Both the position numbers and the translations under genes were made by a program. From Takakia lepidozioides (Eukaryota; Plantae; Bryophyta), in NCBI GenBank assembly GCA_030704615.1, contig CM060733.1:67146001-67210000 (forward strand): DNA of 64,000 nucleotides. The letters run 5' to 3'. The notes under the pieces are model-generated. The model searched no databases. It saw nothing but the letters and a program-made list of their open reading frames with translations, and was not told the origin of the DNA. Within the stretch, counting starts at the first letter, position 1; the number at the start of each line of letters is the position of its first letter. Of this stretch, positions 38,129 to 51,367 are shown in pieces.

Positions 38129-40679
38129 AGAGAAAATAAACGGGAGAATAGAAGAGGATGACAGAAAGTAAGGATAGAAAGTAAGAGAACGAGAATGTGA
38201 AAGAGCAGAGTGATGCAAAGTGAGAGTGAGATGAGAGGGATTGTCCACAGGGATATATATGCACACACTAACCAAACTTCCATCCAAAGCAAACATGCTA
38301 GGTTCGGTGGGCAGCCAAACCAAAAACAATTCAGTTCATTATTCCGCATATATGGCAAACCTAACTACAATCATCTACATTAATCGCCCAGGATGTCGCC
38401 AAAGCAGGAACTACTCGACCTTATGATGATTTGTATTGACGAAGGTGCATTACTTTTGAGCAAATCTTTGCGATAAATAATAGTTTGTTAGCGTTTTGAA
38501 CCACCCCGGGGAACCTACGTTTGACGGAGGTGCAAGGCACATCATCAATAAAATATGGTGCACCTACGTTCGCCAAAGGTGGGTTCCTGATAAGTGAGAT
38601 AAGTAAGTCTACATCCACCCTATTTCAATATTGATGTCAACATTCCAGTCAAATTTGGCTGTATCAAGAGCATTTTGCTGCCACTACAAGCACCTTCGTT
38701 CGCCAAAGGTGGGTTCCAAATTAGTGAATTATTACCAGTGTCAGCAAGGAATCATTTTTCAATCTTGCAAACAGCACTCCTGTGGGTTTTCTTAGGACCT
38801 ACGTTGGCCAAAGGTGCGGCAGTTTTCGGTTGCTATTCCCAGTAAAATGTGGTGGCTGAGTTTTGTCAAGATGTTACTGAATTGGCCATTGTTGTTTCTG
38901 AAAATCCCTAGCTCGTACTAGTGCCTAGTGCTTTTGTTGTTGTTTTTGCATAGTTTGATCATTTTAATTAGATGATGTTTTTGGTTCCAGAATTTTATTA
39001 TGTATGGGGCCTTGCTTCCAGAGTGGGCCAAATTTACGAAACCTATTAAAATGTAAGCACCCTTACCCTCCGTATGTAGTCTTTGGAGGCGGTGGTGGAT
39101 GGGACAATCCCATACCAAATATTCCGGCTTTGTACAAGATCTTCCCAAAGTGTGCATTTATGGTACATAGTGTGTGATTATTCTTTGAGAGGAACGTTCA
39201 CAATCGATCGACCCAATTTTCATTACTGCTGTCCGTGCTCCTATGTGCTTTTTGGGACCTACGTTGGCCAAATGTGCGGCGGTTTACGGCTGCAATTCAA
39301 CGTGGAATATGGTGGCAAATATCAATATGTAGTGAATTGGCTTTGATGTTCTGAAAATATTCATCACAATAGCTTGAAAATCCATTCAATATCATCCCCA
39401 ACTACTAATTCAGTAAGTGGTTAGTTAGTAAGTAGGAAGAGAGCCCCATTATGCTTCATATAGCATGTGAGGGCGGTGGGATCCTTCCAGAATCCACCCT
39501 TGAAGCGGTGGGACCCTTGTACAAGTGTGGGACACATGTCAGATTAATCAGGCCTACTCACACCACTTGTCCCTAACCAGGCCTACTCACACCACTATTT
39601 AATAGGTATCCCTTCTTGCCTTTTTTTTTTGGACCCCTTCATTTCTTTCCTTAAGGATACGTGGCCTTACCAGATTAGCCCATTTTTTATTCCTAGAACA
39701 AGCTAACTCCTGGACCACTCTAGAATCAACCGGGCCCACCTAAACTTGGGGGGCTTATTTTTTGCATAGAAACACGATTCTTAGTTGGATGATGTTTCAG
39801 GTTCCAAATGTTTATTATCCGGGCCCTACTTGCAGATAGCAATAAAAATAGTTGATTCGCATATTGAACCACCTTGGGGAACCTACGTTTGACGGAGGTC
39901 CAAGCCACATCATCATTAAAGCATAAAAATCCTGCAAACATAGCTTGCACCGACTCCACTAAGCATAGAAACACGATAGAAACACGATTTTTAATTGGAT
40001 GATTGGTCAGGTTCCAAATGTTTATTATCCAAGGGGGCCCACGCATATCTTGGGCCCACAGCCCCATGATAAGAACAACCGGTACAGCTGTCTACAGTGA
40101 TGATGATATCTTCAACCTGTCGAGGCATTTCCCCTCTCCAAGCCTTCCGCGGCCCCACTAATTGGCTCTTGCAAAAGTTTTGACTGGCATAATGAATTGG
40201 GGTACATAGTGTGCGATTATTCTCTAAGATGAGTGCTCACATTCGATTGACCCAATTTTCAATACTGATGTCTCTTGTGGGTTTTCTTGGGACATACATT
40301 GGCCAAAGATGCGGCGGGTTCTCGGCTGCTATTCACTGTGGAATCTGGTGGCAAAGTTTAATAAACTTGTCACTTAATTGGCCATTGATGTTCCTGAAAA
40401 TATTCATCATTTTTTTTTGAAAATCCATTCAATATTCGTACCCAAATGTGTGCGATTGTTCTCTCTGAGGAGTGCTCACAATCGAATGTTGTGGCAAGAC
40501 TAGATTTATTTTGGTAGAACAACAAAGATAATCACTGTCATGGAGACATAAGTGACAATAACATGATTTACATTCCAAGTTACGACTTTACGGCAAGTCT
40601 TCCCACACCCTTCCCACAGTTTGCAACCTACACACAGCTGCCACAACATGGCAGTACAGTCCTAATGCTATGTCCCAAA

Positions 40680-41320
40680 GAGCTCTGCTCTATAAGTCTA
40701 ATGGCTTCTCTCTTTTTGGAAATCTCTACCCTCCATCTCCCTAATGCTGAGGAACGGAGTCTCAATGCAGAAACCATCAACTCTCTAGCTATTGTCTTCT
40801 CGCTAGGCCCTGGTCCGCTCATCATCGATATTTCCAGAGAAGTCCACCCTCTCCCGATTTAGCTCAGCAACCATGCTAGGGGTCGTGCGTTCAGCTTTGT
40901 TGAATGGTCAATGCGGTTACCCGAGCGTCGCAAATCCTCAACTCTGCAGTGTACAACAATATGATCTCGTCTTCGTAGGCAAGAAATTCTGCTCCCGGAG
41001 CTCCCACTGTGCAACAATGTTATTTTATCCCTCCCATACTGGTCTCTCCAACCTATGCAGAACATCGGCAACAGTTTCAAGATGAGAATCAAAAAAATTC
41101 GTAGTTCTCCATGAGCTCTATGATGTCGTCTTCAGACTCTAGAATGCTCCAAGGATCAACAAACCTCTCCGCCTCCTCCTGGATTCTGCTAAGCCCATCA
41201 CGAAGTTTCGCCCTGTCTGTCTCTAGGTTTGTCTTGGTTCTCATAGCTTCTACTTTCAGTAAATGCAAAGGGGACTCTCCTCCAACTACAGGTGACGAGA
41301 TGTCTCCAAACCCATAGCCA
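40680..41320 (-). pseudogene. Frameshifted paralog of the 37568-38128 coiled-coil ORF
   Basis: LRDGLSRIQEEAERF...DIIELMENY resembles IREGFDRILKEVERY...DLIHLLCNY; similar CT-rich leader. Confidence 0.5.
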
Positions 41321-44300
41321 AGATGGCAGTATATCAGGGAGAGGAGGATAGAGAAAGTCAAAGGGGGAGAGAGAGAAAGAAGACAAGAAACACGATAGAT
41401 AGGAGAGAGGAGATAAGGTAGTGAAAGTCAAAGAGGAAGATGAATAAACAAAAAGAACAATCTTCCCCTCTTTTATAGTTTCCAGGTCCTTCAATGGACT
41501 CACTAAGGGGTTAGTGCAAATGCATGAATGGCAAGTGAGTGGAGTGTCAACCTGCTCTGTGGGAGGTGCCTGGGATGCTCTAACAACTCGTGCAATGGTA
41601 CTTTATGCGGTACTCGTCATTAGGTCCGAGTCTCCCTTTCCCCACACGAGATTGCACAACCTCCTTGATCAAATTCAAAAGGGCCTCAAGTCCAATCACA
41701 TGGACTAGGCTCCTTGCGTTAATCCTCTAACAATCCTCCTACTTCAAGCTCCACTCCCTAGGACCTAGGCCTCCTCAAGCAATTCTAGCAAAACAACACA
41801 ACATGAAGCAAGAGGAAAACTATGCAATGAACTAGGGTGAAGACAAGGAGGGCCTTGCTCTTCTTTATATTGTTTTGGGCCCTAATAAACTAATGAAAAA
41901 TTCATTCATTTAACTATAATAATAACCTGAAGGATCTATAGTTTAAAATTCAAAATGGATGGAAAGTCTTGAAGGCTAATGAAAACTGGTTTTTCATCCA
42001 TCCTTGTGGATGACAAGTTGGCGCGAGTTATCATTTAATCCATCCAGCTCCTTAGGAAGAATTTAGGATTTTCCATCCATCCATGAAGCAAAATATCAAA
42101 TAATCGGCTTCCGTGAGTGTCGTTGACTTTGAAATTTGGTGCTGTCACTAATCTCCTCCATAAATCACCAAACTTGGTGACAAATTATAATTAACCACCC
42201 CAAAGATTCCTGCAAAGTTTCAGGTTGATTGGGGATGACCAGCTATTTCAATCGCCGGCCCCCCAGGGCCACCATTAGTTATTTATTTCCCAAGAAGGAA
42301 CAACTTTCCACCCCCTCGGACAGAAGTATATATAGGGAGTAGTAACCCCGAGGACGGTGCACATCTGCATGATCTACAATGTACCACAATGTTTAGTATC
42401 TAGGAGGGAGTGCAACTCCGTCCGACGAAGGTACATCTGAATCTTCAATGTACCACGGGAGGGAACGCAGAACAAAAATAAAATTGTCGCGCCAATGAAC
42501 ATTTGAGAGGAGGGCGTGCACCTCCGTCGAACGAAGGTGTCATATATATTGGTGTTTGGATATTTTTCATGAAACCTTATCCTGATCTTGGGTCCCGAGA
42601 GAAGTGTAACTTCCGATACTGATACGTAGTTCGTATCAGGTAATCCCGATTAATTGCAAATAAACCCCCGTCTGATTAACGGGCGGGAATAATCCGACGG
42701 GGTATCTGAAGCCTCGGTGGGGATCTAATTGGGGGTATAGTCGGTATAGACTGGGTAGTGGTTGGCATATAAATGGGATATACTCGGTGGGGTATATATG
42801 GGATATAAACGGGGTACAAACGGGGATATAATCGGCGCCACGGTAAAATGCTTGTAGAGACTTGGTGGGCCCCAATAATTAAACTTGTAATATTGTCTAA
42901 CGTTCACTATATATTGTGTTCAACAAAAACAATCTTCGGATCGATATTTGTGATTATTCCGGCGCAAGATGGGCATGTCAACTTAATATATCCCATGAAT
43001 ATACTCCGACAAGTATTTTAATGATTTGTGGTGATGGTGTAGGTGAAATTTTTTATCTACAAATGATTGTCTGTGCTAGTGACAAATATGGTTAGTGACC
43101 TTCCGTAAGAAAATGTAGGTCACAAGTGTCACACCTCACGTGTCATCTATTCCTGTTTCTCCTCTCTCTTGTGTTTTAAGGCTGGTGGGAAGCTGCCCGC
43201 GGGCCGCCAGGGTCACGAGTAGGCCCGGCTGGTGCGCCAGGAGGTTACTAATTCAACGGACTAATCAGGGAGAGCAGCCGCTGACCCACGCCTATGCGCT
43301 GAGAGGCGGGGTGCGCTGACCCTAAGTGTACGTGCAGATAAGGACGGCCGCGTGGCCACACGGACGAGGCAAAAAGGCCTCGTGCCAAAAGTTGCGGTTT
43401 TAACCGCTGGATAAAGGCCCAAGGCCACGGACCGGCGCGGTCACTGCGTTTAACCAGCGCGGTCCGCGCCTTTGTCCGGGCCGCGAGGCTCCGCGCCCCG
43501 CCACGTGGCTGGGACGCTTTTATCCTGCGGGCACAGCGGGACAATCAGATTAAGGGGGGTTATTCTCAACCTTGTGCTATTGTGATTTATGCTGACCCCT
43601 TTAAGCTTTAGAGGGTTGATTCGAGCGATCCAGCGGTAGAAAAGTTGATGTTTTTGGGGAGGAGAGAGCCACCAGCGAGGCCTAAACGGCAGCCCAGGGG
43701 AAAGGCTGAGAGAGTCCCTGAGCTGGGAGTACTTGAGAGAACACGCTAGAGACAAGGGGCGCATAGAAGTACTCTGTCCGCGTTGTCCGGCTACAGTGCC
43801 ACACGTGTCAGAGCCCCGAGGTAGACGACGACCAGTTCCCTAGGGAAAGGCGCGGGGACTCTTATTTAATATTAATGGGGGGCGAAATAGGCTAGCCCCA
43901 CCTTTTTGGATAGCCCAGGGTGGCGACAGACACGTTTTGGAGCGCGGATGAACGGATAGCAGATCCGGACGAGGCGAGCATCATTCATCCAATGGGGGTG
44001 CGGCAGTTCCCCACTGCGGGAGCGGTTCTCGGGCAGTTCTCGGAGTTCCATTGAGTTCCCAGGGGGTTCCCATGCTCTTATGGGTGTGCCATTGGCATCT
44101 TTGGGTTCCCCTCATGATCCTTCCTTGGGGAGGTATTTTTTCTGAATTTGATATTCTCTATTAATTTCTGCATATTCTGGTGGTGGAAAATTCCTAAGGA
44201 AATTATGACGCTTGTGTGAACTTTTTGAATTGTTGGAACTTGGAGTAATTAGGAGATTAAAGAGTGAACTTATTGAACTTGCTAACTTATTGAATGGCCT

Positions 44301-44749
44301 AAGAGTGGCCCCTTATCCCCAAAGCTAAAGGAAGCTTGAGAAGGTGGAAAGAACTTAGCCCTTCACACGGGGTGTCTTGAACTCAAGCACCCGAGCAAAG
44401 GAGGGGCAGTGGGAGAGGGACACGGTTCCCCTCCTCCCTAAATCCGGGACACGCTTTGTGAAGGGGTAATGGAATACCCCGGCTATTAGCGTCTCGGGGA
44501 TTTAGGCGGTAGGAAGTAGCAATAAACCAGACTTGGAAGGCAGTTACGTTTTAAATCTTAGAAAACCATAAACAAACCGTAGGACTAGGACACGCAAATC
44601 ATCATGTAGAGGGGGGCATCCGAGCTCCTCTTTGCCGGTAGGAAATTAGAAACGATAGTTTAGGCCCCCATACATTCCGCGAACCCTACACTAACCACAG
44701 CCGGGTAGGCGGTTCATTGAGCCCAACCTACATCGCAACTTACCACGAC

Positions 44750-45560
44750 CCCACTATGTCGTCGCCCTAGCCGCACGCGCCCAGGGCTTGTCACCGCCCC
44801 CCCCCCCCCCCCCCCCCCCCTCGGTTGATCCCCCGTCCAGTGCGGGAGTGATCACCCCACCCCTAATTTGCAGTCTATGTGGTGCTCCCCGAACCATCGA
44901 TCCCCTGCACATCCATCCAACCTGAAAACAATGGATGATGTGGGTCATCTATCCCTCATCCCCGTCATCCTCCTGCGTAGGGGATGGATGACGGGTGGAT
45001 GAAGGGCCGATGACACTGCCACGCCACGTGGTGGTCCACCCGCCGTCGATCCCTCATCCCATCCACGGTGCGATCCCCCGAGCCATTGCCGCTCCCCCCC
45101 CTCGGTTGATCCCTCGTCCAATGCGGGAGTGATCCCCACCTTGCACCCCCCCCCCCCCCCCCCCCTCGCCGTCGATCCCTTCCTCCCATCAGCGGCGCAA
45201 TCCCCGCGCCATCGTTCCCCCCGCCTCGGTTGATCCCCTCCTCCAATTTGGGAATTGATCCCCTCCCCTCATCAGCCGCCACGTGGTGCTCCACCGTACC
45301 CTCGATGACACGACGTGTCCCCCTGGACCCCTGGTGTCGGCCCCGTGTCCCCGCTCACACTAGATCCCCTCCTTTGATCAATCCCCCATGCCCGGGGATG
45401 TCTGCCGTCCCCTCGTATCCACGTGCCACCCCCTGCCAGGATCCCCTGACCCTGTCCTCGGCCCCCGCAGTCTGGCCGCTCCCCCATAGCGTGCTACTGA
45501 TCCCTTGCCTGTCTGATCCCCTCTTTATCGGCCATCCACTACAAGCATTCATCCAACGGT
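44750..45560. repeat. GC-rich block with repeated GATCCCC motifs and C-runs, likely subterminal region of the adjacent MULE
   Basis: More than ten GATCCC(C/T) motifs; lies directly upstream of a MULE transposase fragment. Confidence 0.5.
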
Positions 45561-45737
45561 CATAGAAGACTCCGCCTATTGGGTCTCCGAGATGGACGGA
45601 GGGGATTGATCCCGATGTAGGGTTTTGGTACTGTTGTCAAGTTTCCGCGTGTTTGCTGTTGTTCTCAGGTCTGCGCGTGTTTGCTGCTCTTGCGCGTGTC
45701 CTCTGGTGCTGTACTGTTCCTGCAAGTCGTCATGCAT

Positions 45738-46554
45738 CATGAGCGGATCTTCAGAGTTGCGCACGTCATTCCTATTGTCACAGCTTCAGAACAGCTTGCA
45801 AACCCCCCCCGGATGGTCCCTTCAACCACAAGAACCTTGTATGGACTCCTGCCATTTCAAGTGGAGGTGGACATCGCGTGAATACAGATGTAGCGGTCAT
45901 TCCTTGACAAGGATCCAGGATTTTGTCACGGGGGAGGAAGAAACACCAGAGGCACCCACTCATTTCAACAAAACGGTGCCTAAAAAGGGAAAACATGACG
46001 ATGACGACCTATTGGCTCCAAGGGCCAACAGTTGCTCCCTTCTCATAGAGTCCGTGTTCTCCTTTGCAGTTTCTTTGTATTCTTTGCTATTCTGTTTTGT
46101 GAAAATGCTATGCTCTATTGCTCCCAATATTCGAGACCACCGACTTAGACGTTCTTACAATTGTTCAGGTTCCATTGTTCTTATGGACCTGAGGTCAAGC
46201 GCACGGATGTCATACCTGTCAATAAGCATTCTTTGAAGAGAAGAAACGGACGAAGAGGGTGTGTGCTGGATCCTTCATCGCCTTCTTACAACAACCATAA
46301 GGGGCCGAGACGGAAGAAGGTCATTTAGGATAGGACGATGTTATCTGGATTCTTCTCTTGCTGTCATTACGTACTACAACAAGAATCATGTTGACATATC
46401 TAATAAGGTGTGCCATGGCCACATTGACCCGGATTCAACTAATACTCGTTTTGCACACGCACCTCGCCTTAGCGATGAGGTGAAGATGTGGATAATGGAT
46501 AGCATGCGCGCTGGTCTGTCGCCTGCTGAAATAATGTCTCAACATGAGCAATAG
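45738..46554 (+). pseudogene. N-terminal fragment of a different MULE/SWIM-family transposase
   Basis: RIQDFVTGEE..P.APTHF, an intron, then FHCSYGPE and AVITYYNKNHVD...VCHG..D......HAPRLS, a pattern I recognise from plant MULE-derived SWIM-finger proteins; disrupted and truncated. Confidence 0.7.
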
Positions 46555-46840
46555 GTATTTGTAACAGTATGTACTATCCGAGTTACCTCTGGGGCAACTG
46601 AGTCAACTGGCTGTGGTGGCTGTGGTACTGAGGTGACTTCTTCCTCCCTCTCCAAAGGCCGTGCTTCTAGCAATAACAGCCCCCGTGCTGCTGTTCCCCA
46701 TCCTGCACAAGAGCTATGGAAACATCATCTGGTGGTTTCCTTGTAGCTAGTGGATCTGCCACTACCGTCACATCCCGCTTCTGTCTCTTGGCAAGTCTTT
46801 GCAGTTCAAAGCCCCAGAGAGCGACTCGCGTTCGAAGGTC

Positions 46841-49800
46841 ATGGAGAATCGCCAGCAAGGGTCGGGCCCTTCTCCAGCAAAGACGAAGAAGAAGCAGCCC
46901 ATCCTTCAACTGGTTTCTGAACCAGACCAGGCCGTTTCCCCCCCACCCAGGCGAATGAAGCAGAAGGGTACAGGGCAGATTCAATTGCAGAATGAGGAAG
47001 CACAAGGCAATCAGGGGGAGGGCGGAGCAGTCTCCCGCAAAACCGATTCCACAAGCTGAGGATACAATGTTGGAGGAGACACACAGTAGCATTGGCAGAG
47101 TTCTGGGCAGCAGGGTATTCCAGCGGACTCTTCGAATCCCACTCTGTCGCATGGTCTCCCTTCCCATCGTCAGGCAGGCACTTCCCGGAGATGTGGATAA
47201 GCTCAAGTTCGCATTTCGAGAAGGGTACCGTCTAGGTTCGCCAGCCTTCTACGTTTCCATTGAGAATGAGGAGGGCGAAACTTGTGGGCCCACTGCGGAT
47301 GAATTGTCAACATGGGATACCCACTGGCACACTCACAACGACGAATTCGAGGCAACGCTGAAGGGTGATCCAGACTTCGGCCATATGTCGGGTAAAATGT
47401 TCTTTGTGTGGGACGGGAATCACCGACTTCTTGCCTGGTGGGAGTACATCAAGCAGAACCATGCCAAGCATATTGGCTGGCATTACATGGTGGAGTGTGT
47501 CATCCTCAAGGTGAAGACGGAAGACTCCTCCCTGCTCAAGAATGCCATGGCGGACCTCAACTCGTAAGATACTCATACCCTCCCAAGCACGTTCGAAATG
47601 CGGTGCCGCATTTCGGTTTCCAATTTGTTTTGTTTCCGTGCTTCCGTGGACTGAACTGGAGAGTGTGCCTTGCAGGGTCACTGAAAATGCGTACGTGCAT
47701 ACCTACATGGCACATATGTTGTACAGGGTGAGAGAAACTGGTCTCACTGATCCGCACATGTTTGCGGAAATGCTGGAGCCCGAGCTCATTCAGAAAGCCG
47801 AGGCAAAAACTGACCGGACATGGTATCGTCTCACTATGGATGGAATGGTGGAGGTGATATACAAAGTAAGTCGTCCTCCCATTTCCCTCTGCTCATCCTT
47901 CCCCAATTTTCAGTAATCTTTCCACATGAATCGAATGTAACGCTTCTGCATGTTTTTGTTGGCAGTCAAACATCAAGCTGGATTTGGCCCATGCCAAACG
48001 CTTCTTCATGGAAAGTGAGGGACAGGTCAAAACGTTGCAGTCATTGACTGAGCACTTGAAGGAAGTCGGGGTCAAGTCCAGAATGAAATACAAGTCAAAG
48101 CTTGTGAAGTTGGTGGCCATTGCAGATCCGGCACTTGGAAAGGACTTCATCCCCGAGATTGCAAAACACTATTCTCGGGCCATGCAGGACCATGCAGTTG
48201 GACTGCATCATCTCAAAATGTGTTGAGGCGAAAGAGAATGTGAGTTCAATGCACTGAAGTTCCTTCCTAGCAATAGCCACTCTTCTTCCTGCTCCTGACA
48301 TTGGATCGGAAATGGCAGACACGGTGGCTGTCGATCTGGAATGCATCGGAGAGTATAAGGACAATGTGGTCTTTTCCACTCGAAGTTTCCGACCCTGCAG
48401 TGGATGTGTGGCTCAACCGCATGGCTTGGTGGTTCCAGGTAATTCAAGGTACTTTGCTTTTCTGAGATGAATTCCCTGAACTGCTACGTGACAATGCATG
48501 TGGGAATCGCAGGTAATGACGAATGCAAAGGAGCAAGTCGTAATGCATACAAATTCATTCGGCTTGTACATCAAATGGGATGGAACACAGACATTGGAAG
48601 ACTACGTGACACGTTTCAGATGTGCGTACAAGGACAACCTCTTCGCCAGGGAGCTGCAGACAGCAAGAAGGAGCGTGGAATTTACACATCAGGAGGGAGC
48701 GGGAAAAGCTGCAATGCGAATTGTTTACAGGTGAAGCCCAGCTGCCCTTGTATGCGAAGCCTAGTTATGAGGTTTGTCTGGGAAATGCGGCACCGCATTC
48801 GTATTTTATGTTTTCGGTTGCACTCTGCGAGTACGTTGGTCTCAACTTTTGCTCACGCATGCTGACTGCCCTGCAGGTATATGAAATACGTGCTTCTTCA
48901 GACAGGGGCCCTGGCTCAAGAGCCCCCGTTCTTCATGGCTTGGACCGTGGCGGGCCCAAGCTGTGTCTACACACCCGAGATGCATAAACAATGGCATGCC
49001 GCGCATCTCGTTGGATGCCCGTGGTACCTGGACATGTCTGGCGAAATTGTTGACGAGTCTGAGAAAGATCTGCACGCAAAAGCAGAAGAGAAGAGAAAGG
49101 AAAGAGGTGTCTCTGCTAGGCCACAGTCGGCAAAGGAAGCTGCTGCTCTGGAACAATCCAGAAAGGCAGCTGAGATGGCACAGAAGACGGTGGATGCAGC
49201 TGTGCAGGCTCAATAGAAGGGGTCGAAGAAGATGACTCACTAGCAAGGAGCAGCAGTTGTGACACCCAAGAAAACGAAGAAGCAAAAACAGATAGAGCAG
49301 GAAGAGGGTGATGAAGAGGACTCCGATGGAGACTTTGCAACCAGCCCAACCCCCCGAAACACAGCCGAAATCCCCTGTGCCCACCGTTGTCACGAGAGGG
49401 ACGAGAACAGGGTCGGCAAAGAAGGCACTCTTCAACCCCCCGGGGGGGCACCCTTTCGAGCCGGTGGAAATGAAGAGGCCGAAAGTGGATCTTGATACAG
49501 TAGTCTAGTGTGTAAATGAGGGTTTCTTGGCAGCTTTGGATGGACGGACAGCCAAGTTGGCATACATGAAGACCATGGAGGGTCTGAAGGGCAGAGCCCT
49601 GAAGAAGGCGGCTGCCGAAGAGCCTTCCGACACCCCTGGGTTTCTGAAGATGGTCTCGTTCTTTGAGAGGGTGTGTGCAGACAAGGATTGTAGGAGGGGC
49701 GGAAATGCCACCGAGTGGTCTTGCGATATGATCATCTTGGATATTCCGGACGGAGAGCCTGTGGAAGGACTGCAAGCTTTGCCATCTTGGAACAGGTACT

Positions 49801-51230
49801 CCGAGGACTTTTGGAAGAAAGGATTCAGGCTCGCCCGCATGGTGTTGGACGACAGAGGCTGTGTGGTTGTCCTGGCGAGCAAAGGCAAAAACACGCAGAT
49901 AGGATTTGCGAAGTGGACCCGCAAGAGCGCCATCCCAATTCTGAAGAAGAAGTGGACGTGCATCAACACATTGGGCCTTCGGTCGGAAGGGAAGAAGGTA
50001 ATTACGACATTGGCACTCGTCCTTTCATTTTCTTAGGTGTTTTGAAATGCGGTGCCGCATTCGATTTCTAATCGTTCCCCACTGTGTATGCAGACGAAGT
50101 AGTTCGATGCATATTGCTTTGTGAAGGAGAACTCCACCTTTGCTTTCAGGAAGGAGGGATTGTTGGTTGACCCGAACTGCAACCCCATCAATTACGACGT
50201 CATGTTCACCAACGTTCCCACGGAACTTCTCCCTCATAGCCTCACTTCAACGGAATCCCTGCGGTATTCACGGACTCGGAGCCCTGCCTTCATTCAGACA
50301 ATTATGGAGACATGCATTGACGTGGAGGGCATAGTGCTCGACCTCATCTGTGGGACAGGTATGCAGAATCTTGTTCTATGCTATTCTGCAAATTCTCGTT
50401 ATGCTTTAATTCGCAACATCTGAAGGGCCATGTTATAATGTGTGGATGGCATTATAACAGGTGCCTCAATGTGGGCTGGGCGGTTTTCCGACCGGCACCT
50501 CTTTGCCTATGAGGAGGACACATCCGTCTGGGGATCCCATCTGGAAAGGCTTCAACGGAATGTGAAGGCTCCCATCAAAGCCAAAGACTCCTCGGATTCA
50601 TCGGAGTCGGAGGAAGAGACAGTGGACATTGATGCCGAGGAGAACCCGGAATACGAGTGAGTGCAAACAATGTAAGTTTGCAAAGCCTTCTGGGTGATTT
50701 TTTGTCAAACGCATTTCCGGACTGTGGTTCTCATTGGTCTCGTTGGTGATTGTTATGTGCAAGATTCCAGGATCCGGGTCGAAACATGTAGGGCCTACAC
50801 TTCCTGCCAGGAAGAATGTCCCGTTCTTTGTGAGGGCCGACTTCATGACGAGCCCGGTGAAGGACTACTCCCTTCCTAGATATGCAGCTAAACTCGCAAA
50901 TACAGCGATTAGACGATGTGAGAATCCCAGTAAAGTAGAGCAGATTTTGGAGAGAGCTAGGGAGGACAAAACGATAAGGAAAGAGTTGGCAGTAGCTGAG
51001 ACAGGTAGACGGGTGCGAAAGTTCATATGTGATTCAGCGGATGAGAGCGATGCAGACAGGGAGGACGACGACCCAACGGAGATGAGATGGTCGGTTTCGC
51101 AAGGGAAGATGGGATTTTCGAAAGCCTGGCCAACGAGCAGTCCGCTGGAGATGAGAAAGGCAATGACGGGGTGGAGGCGGAGCAGGACAGTCAAAGACAG
51201 GACGACGATACTGATAATTTTCAAGATTAA
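46841..51230 (+). pseudogene. Multi-exon TE gene: ParB/Srx-like domain + helical region + beta-class N6A/N4C-type DNA methyltransferase fold + acidic tail
   Basis: FFVWDGNHRLLAW (GACGGGAATCACCGA at 47412-47426); IILDIPDG (~49730-49755, motif IV position); RTRSPAFIQTIMETC...IVLDLICGTG|ASMWAGRFSDRHLFAYEED (motif X-I-II region). GT-AG introns at e.g. 47564-47675, 47866-47965, 48731-48877, 49998-50093 and ~50359-50460. Several stops and frameshifts; start codon uncertain. Confidence 0.8.
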
Positions 51231-51367
51231 TAGAATTTTAATGAACTCTCTGTACATTTAAATTCTCTTCCAGAGTATATAAAGGAAATTCTCCCCGTCC
51301 TTCATGTCCCCTCTCCCATGTGCTTCTCAATGACACCATCGTCCAAATCACGTCCCTCCCAAAATTG

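Noticed and set aside
43180-44750. GC-rich segment resembling LTR or retroelement non-coding sequence
   Set aside because: No definable termini, PBS/PPT or second copy in the window.
46841-51230. Bacterial contamination as the source of the ParB-MTase
   Set aside because: The gene has GT-AG introns, is interleaved with plant TEs, and occurs in several diverged copies in the window.
50734-51261. Apparent separate gene downstream of the MTase (also 35050-35466, 61335-61820)
   Set aside because: Preceded by a donor (GTGAGT ~50657) and a candidate acceptor; treated as the last exon of the ParB-MTase gene, though this is not proven.
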